A stretch of DNA of 64,000 bases, from contig NC_087437.1 of assembly GCF_036321535.1 (NCBI RefSeq), positions 4,526,001 through 4,590,000 of the forward strand, in the 5' to 3' direction. Position numbers and translations under genes: made by a program. The DNA comes from Camelus dromedarius (taxonomy: Eukaryota). Shown here one piece after another: positions 61,155 to 64,000 of this stretch (its first letter is position 1; each line of letters opens with the position of its first letter). Below the pieces are notes generated by a model. The model had not been told where the DNA came from, ran no database searches, and saw nothing but the letters and a program-made list of their open reading frames with translations.

Positions 61155-61985
61155 TTACGTAACCATTGTGCGATGATCCAAATCAGAGAACTCCCAGTGA
61201 CACAAGGCTAATGATCTGTTCTATGACTTTATTTGAATGGCATCCCTCGTCCCACCAAAGGCTTGTACAGCAAAGGAAAAGAAATACATTTCCTGGCCCA
61301 GCACCCAGGCCAGGGCTCGGACTCTGACTCCAGCTGCCAGCCTCCCTCTCTGGCCCCTCAGCCTGGGACAGCCCTGCCGTCCGTGGCCTGACACTTCCGA
61401 ATGATACAAAGCAGTTATGTCGTAGAATGTCTGCCAATCTGGAAAAGACTCATTTTCAGTTCGTCTTTTTTGTGGATGCTACACAGGCCGCAGCCACCAG
61501 GATGGAATTTAACCAATTACAAAAAAGGTATTTAAGAGCCCAAGGTCCAGAGCACCATGAAGGAAAAACCCGCAGCCCTCTAATCTGCAGGCACCAGAGT
61601 CAGTCCTCAGGGGCCCTAGGGAAGGGGTAGGGGTTACGTAACCAGCCCCCCAGCACACACACGCTCACATGCACACACACATACACACACAGAGCTAGGA
61701 AGGCTGACGGGACCCATTGCCTTTTCTTTCATGGCCAGCACATGTTTGAAACCCACCGGATTGTTTGTGCGAGAGGAGGCAGAACGGCTGACATCGCAGC
61801 ACTGTACTGTGTTCAACCACAAGTGAACCATTTCCATGTTTATGCAGAGAGGCTTAACGTATTCCCTCAACTTCAAGACCCGCTTTTTTCCCAAATTTGG
61901 CAACTATTAGATTTGAGACAGATTATGCAACTGATATGCATGTTTATCGGGGTAATGCCTAGCCACCCGCATGTTGTTATGCAAT
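61155..61985. promoter_or_regulatory. Candidate PAR-bZIP/NFIL3/C/EBP (D-box) motif cluster
   Basis: TTACGTAA at 61155-61162 and 61634-61641; TTATGCAA at 61923-61930 and 61977-61984. Confidence 0.45.
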
Positions 61986-63070
61986 ACAAGGTCCAGTTTA
62001 CAATGAACCCGCAGTTGACAATCAGGGCAGTTTAGGGAGCCCGGAGCCCAGCCCTGGGGAGCCCCTGGGATGGGACAGTGCAGCCTCTGTGGATGGTACC
62101 CAGCCCCCCAGCAAGCCCGACCTGCTCCCCTTGGAAAAACTTCCTGCTCAACAGAACGGGAAGAGAGGAGGACAAGAATGCAAAAGAACCAAATTCAAAA
62201 CCCACCCTAAACATTAAGAGACACGGAGAATCCACCAGAAGAAATGGCTATAAACGTGACAAGTGGCTGCTTCTAGAAGCAGACAGAACTGGGGCTGGGA
62301 AGGAACGAGGTGGAGGACGTTCATTGTCTCAGAGGCTTTTCTTCAACTACGTCCAAGCACTGCTTCAATAAAAATAAAATCGTAAGTTACTGCAGCGGGG
62401 ATTGGCCAAAGCTTTGTACTGCCCCCGCATCAAGACTGAGGGTGACGACTCCTTCGGCAAGATTCCAATCCAAATCTCAGTCTTGCGGCATTAGGGCTGG
62501 CAAAGCCTCTGCCCTCCACGCAGCTCAGAGGCTCCCTTTCACAGAGGAGGTAACTGAATCCTCTCCCAAGGGTAAGCGTCAGGATGCAGACTGAAAACCT
62601 GGTCCCCCAAGTCCTCAGTCAGCATCCTTCCATCTCACCAGCCTCAGTGGGGACTTCAGAATACGTATCCTCCACCCCCAGCAACACACATCTTCCAGCT
62701 GCTTCGGGGCACGGGCTCCAGCCTCAGTCTCTGGGATTCAAACCTTGGCTCCTGGACCCACTGGCTGTGTGACCAGCAAGAACAGATCTTTCAGTGCCCC
62801 CACCCACTTCTCATCAACGTTCTCCAGAGCTGTCGCGAGAACTCGGGGATAAACCCCGTGAGCCACTTGACGCAATGCTCAGCGGAGACTCAGCTTCCAA
62901 TACGTAGCAGTGACTTTCACGTAAGTGTCCCCCAGTAAACGGCAAGCGGTTAGAAAGGCAAGGATCAAAGCTGAATGGATGTTCTAGATGCCAGGTACCA
63001 TGCCAGGGACCTGAAAAACAGCACCTGTTTCATCCTTAACAGCCCTGCAAGACAGGTCTTGCCTTTCTGA

Positions 63071-63222
63071 TTTTATTTATTTTGTTTGCTTGGTTAGGAT
63101 TTTTTGGGGATTGGGAGCATTAGGTTTTACTTATTTAATTATTTTAATGGAGGCGCTGGGGATTGAACCCAAGAACTCCTGCATGCTAAGCACGTGCTCC
63201 ACCACTGAGCTACACCCTCCCC
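63071..63222 (-). mobile_element. Vic-1-like SINE
   Basis: ggggattgaacccaagaactcctgcatgctaagcacgtgctccaccactgagctacaccctcccc. Confidence 0.88.
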
Positions 63223-64000
63223 TGCCTTGCCCTTCCAATTGAGAGAGAAGGAAATTAAAAATCCAGAAAAGCTAAAATCCTTGCCAAGGCTGCACAGCTT
63301 CTGAAAAGGCAGAAGGCGCGTTCAAATCCAGCCGTCCTGAATGCTCAAGCCCAGGCTTTTAAGTCTCTATCAGCTCCCAAACAAGCATTCCTGTGCCTTT
63401 TTTGATCCCATGTTTCACGGCGTTAAAGTTTGGTTTGCTTTAAGGAGTCCTAACTAGGGGAGGAGATCCAGTTTCCAGCAAATGCAATGCAATACCAGGA
63501 CCCTGTGTCTGCAGCGGGGACACCAGCAAAACCAGTGGCGGGGAGAAAACAGTGCATCAAGCACTGCCCAGGGGGCTTGAGAACCTTCCCCCTGAATTTA
63601 TAAAGTGTCTGCTGAGCTCCCATACTGGTGGGCTCTAGGCTTCACTAATCTTCTCTAACAAGACACTGAAGCCACGGTATAATTTCCTCTCAAAGCATTT
63701 AAGAAATGGGCAAAGCTGCAAAGAATTCCCTACAGCAAGACCCACAGGGCCGCTAAAAACTGCTCCATCTTGCTGTAACTGCTGCTGGCTTTTTTTAAGG
63801 GTCACCAGGAGCACTGATCAAAGTCCTTGCTCTGCCAGCTGGTTAACCATTAAAGCAACCCAGCCAGGCACTGTGACAGGTGGTTGTTTGTGAAGTAAAC
63901 GAACGGACCTCCTGCGGGGCTCAGAATGAGTCACTGTCTCTGTCTGCATCACCACTGCAGAGTGAGGCGCTTCTGAAATGGGGCTGCAGCACTGCTCCTG

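Noticed and set aside
14160..63933. AP-1 sites (TGASTCA) as a JNK feedback loop on SH3BP5
   Set aside because: About seven sites noticed, close to the roughly eight expected by chance in 64 kb, with no clustering.
1..64000. CRISPR arrays, operons, rRNA or other prokaryote-type systems
   Set aside because: The window is intron-rich mammalian DNA with no regularly spaced repeat-spacer array and no such genes.

Overview
Mammalian genomic DNA, most likely a camelid (inferred from about 12 copies of a tRNA-Ala-derived Vic-1-like SINE). It holds two convergent spliced genes. The last nine coding exons and 3' UTR of calpain-7 (CAPN7) are on the + strand (about 2.0-10.9 kb). Seven coding exons of SH3BP5/Sab are on the - strand (about 11.1-50.4 kb; probably exons 3-9, with the 5' exons beyond the window). 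All exons were placed by GT/AG boundaries and give continuous reading frames. The rest is intronic and rich in SINE, L1, MIR/L2, LTR and DNA-transposon remnants. Almost all ORFs in the supplied track are GC-rich noise. I found no evidence for a new gene system. The most notable observations are directional AT->GC drift in repeats and in the SH3BP5 C-terminus, a four-site D-box cluster, two CRE+RFX modules, a bidirectional poly(A) signal in the convergent 3' region, and several nested or atypical retrotransposon insertions. Comparisons with human sequences and repeat family names are from memory and need alignment or RepeatMasker confirmation.
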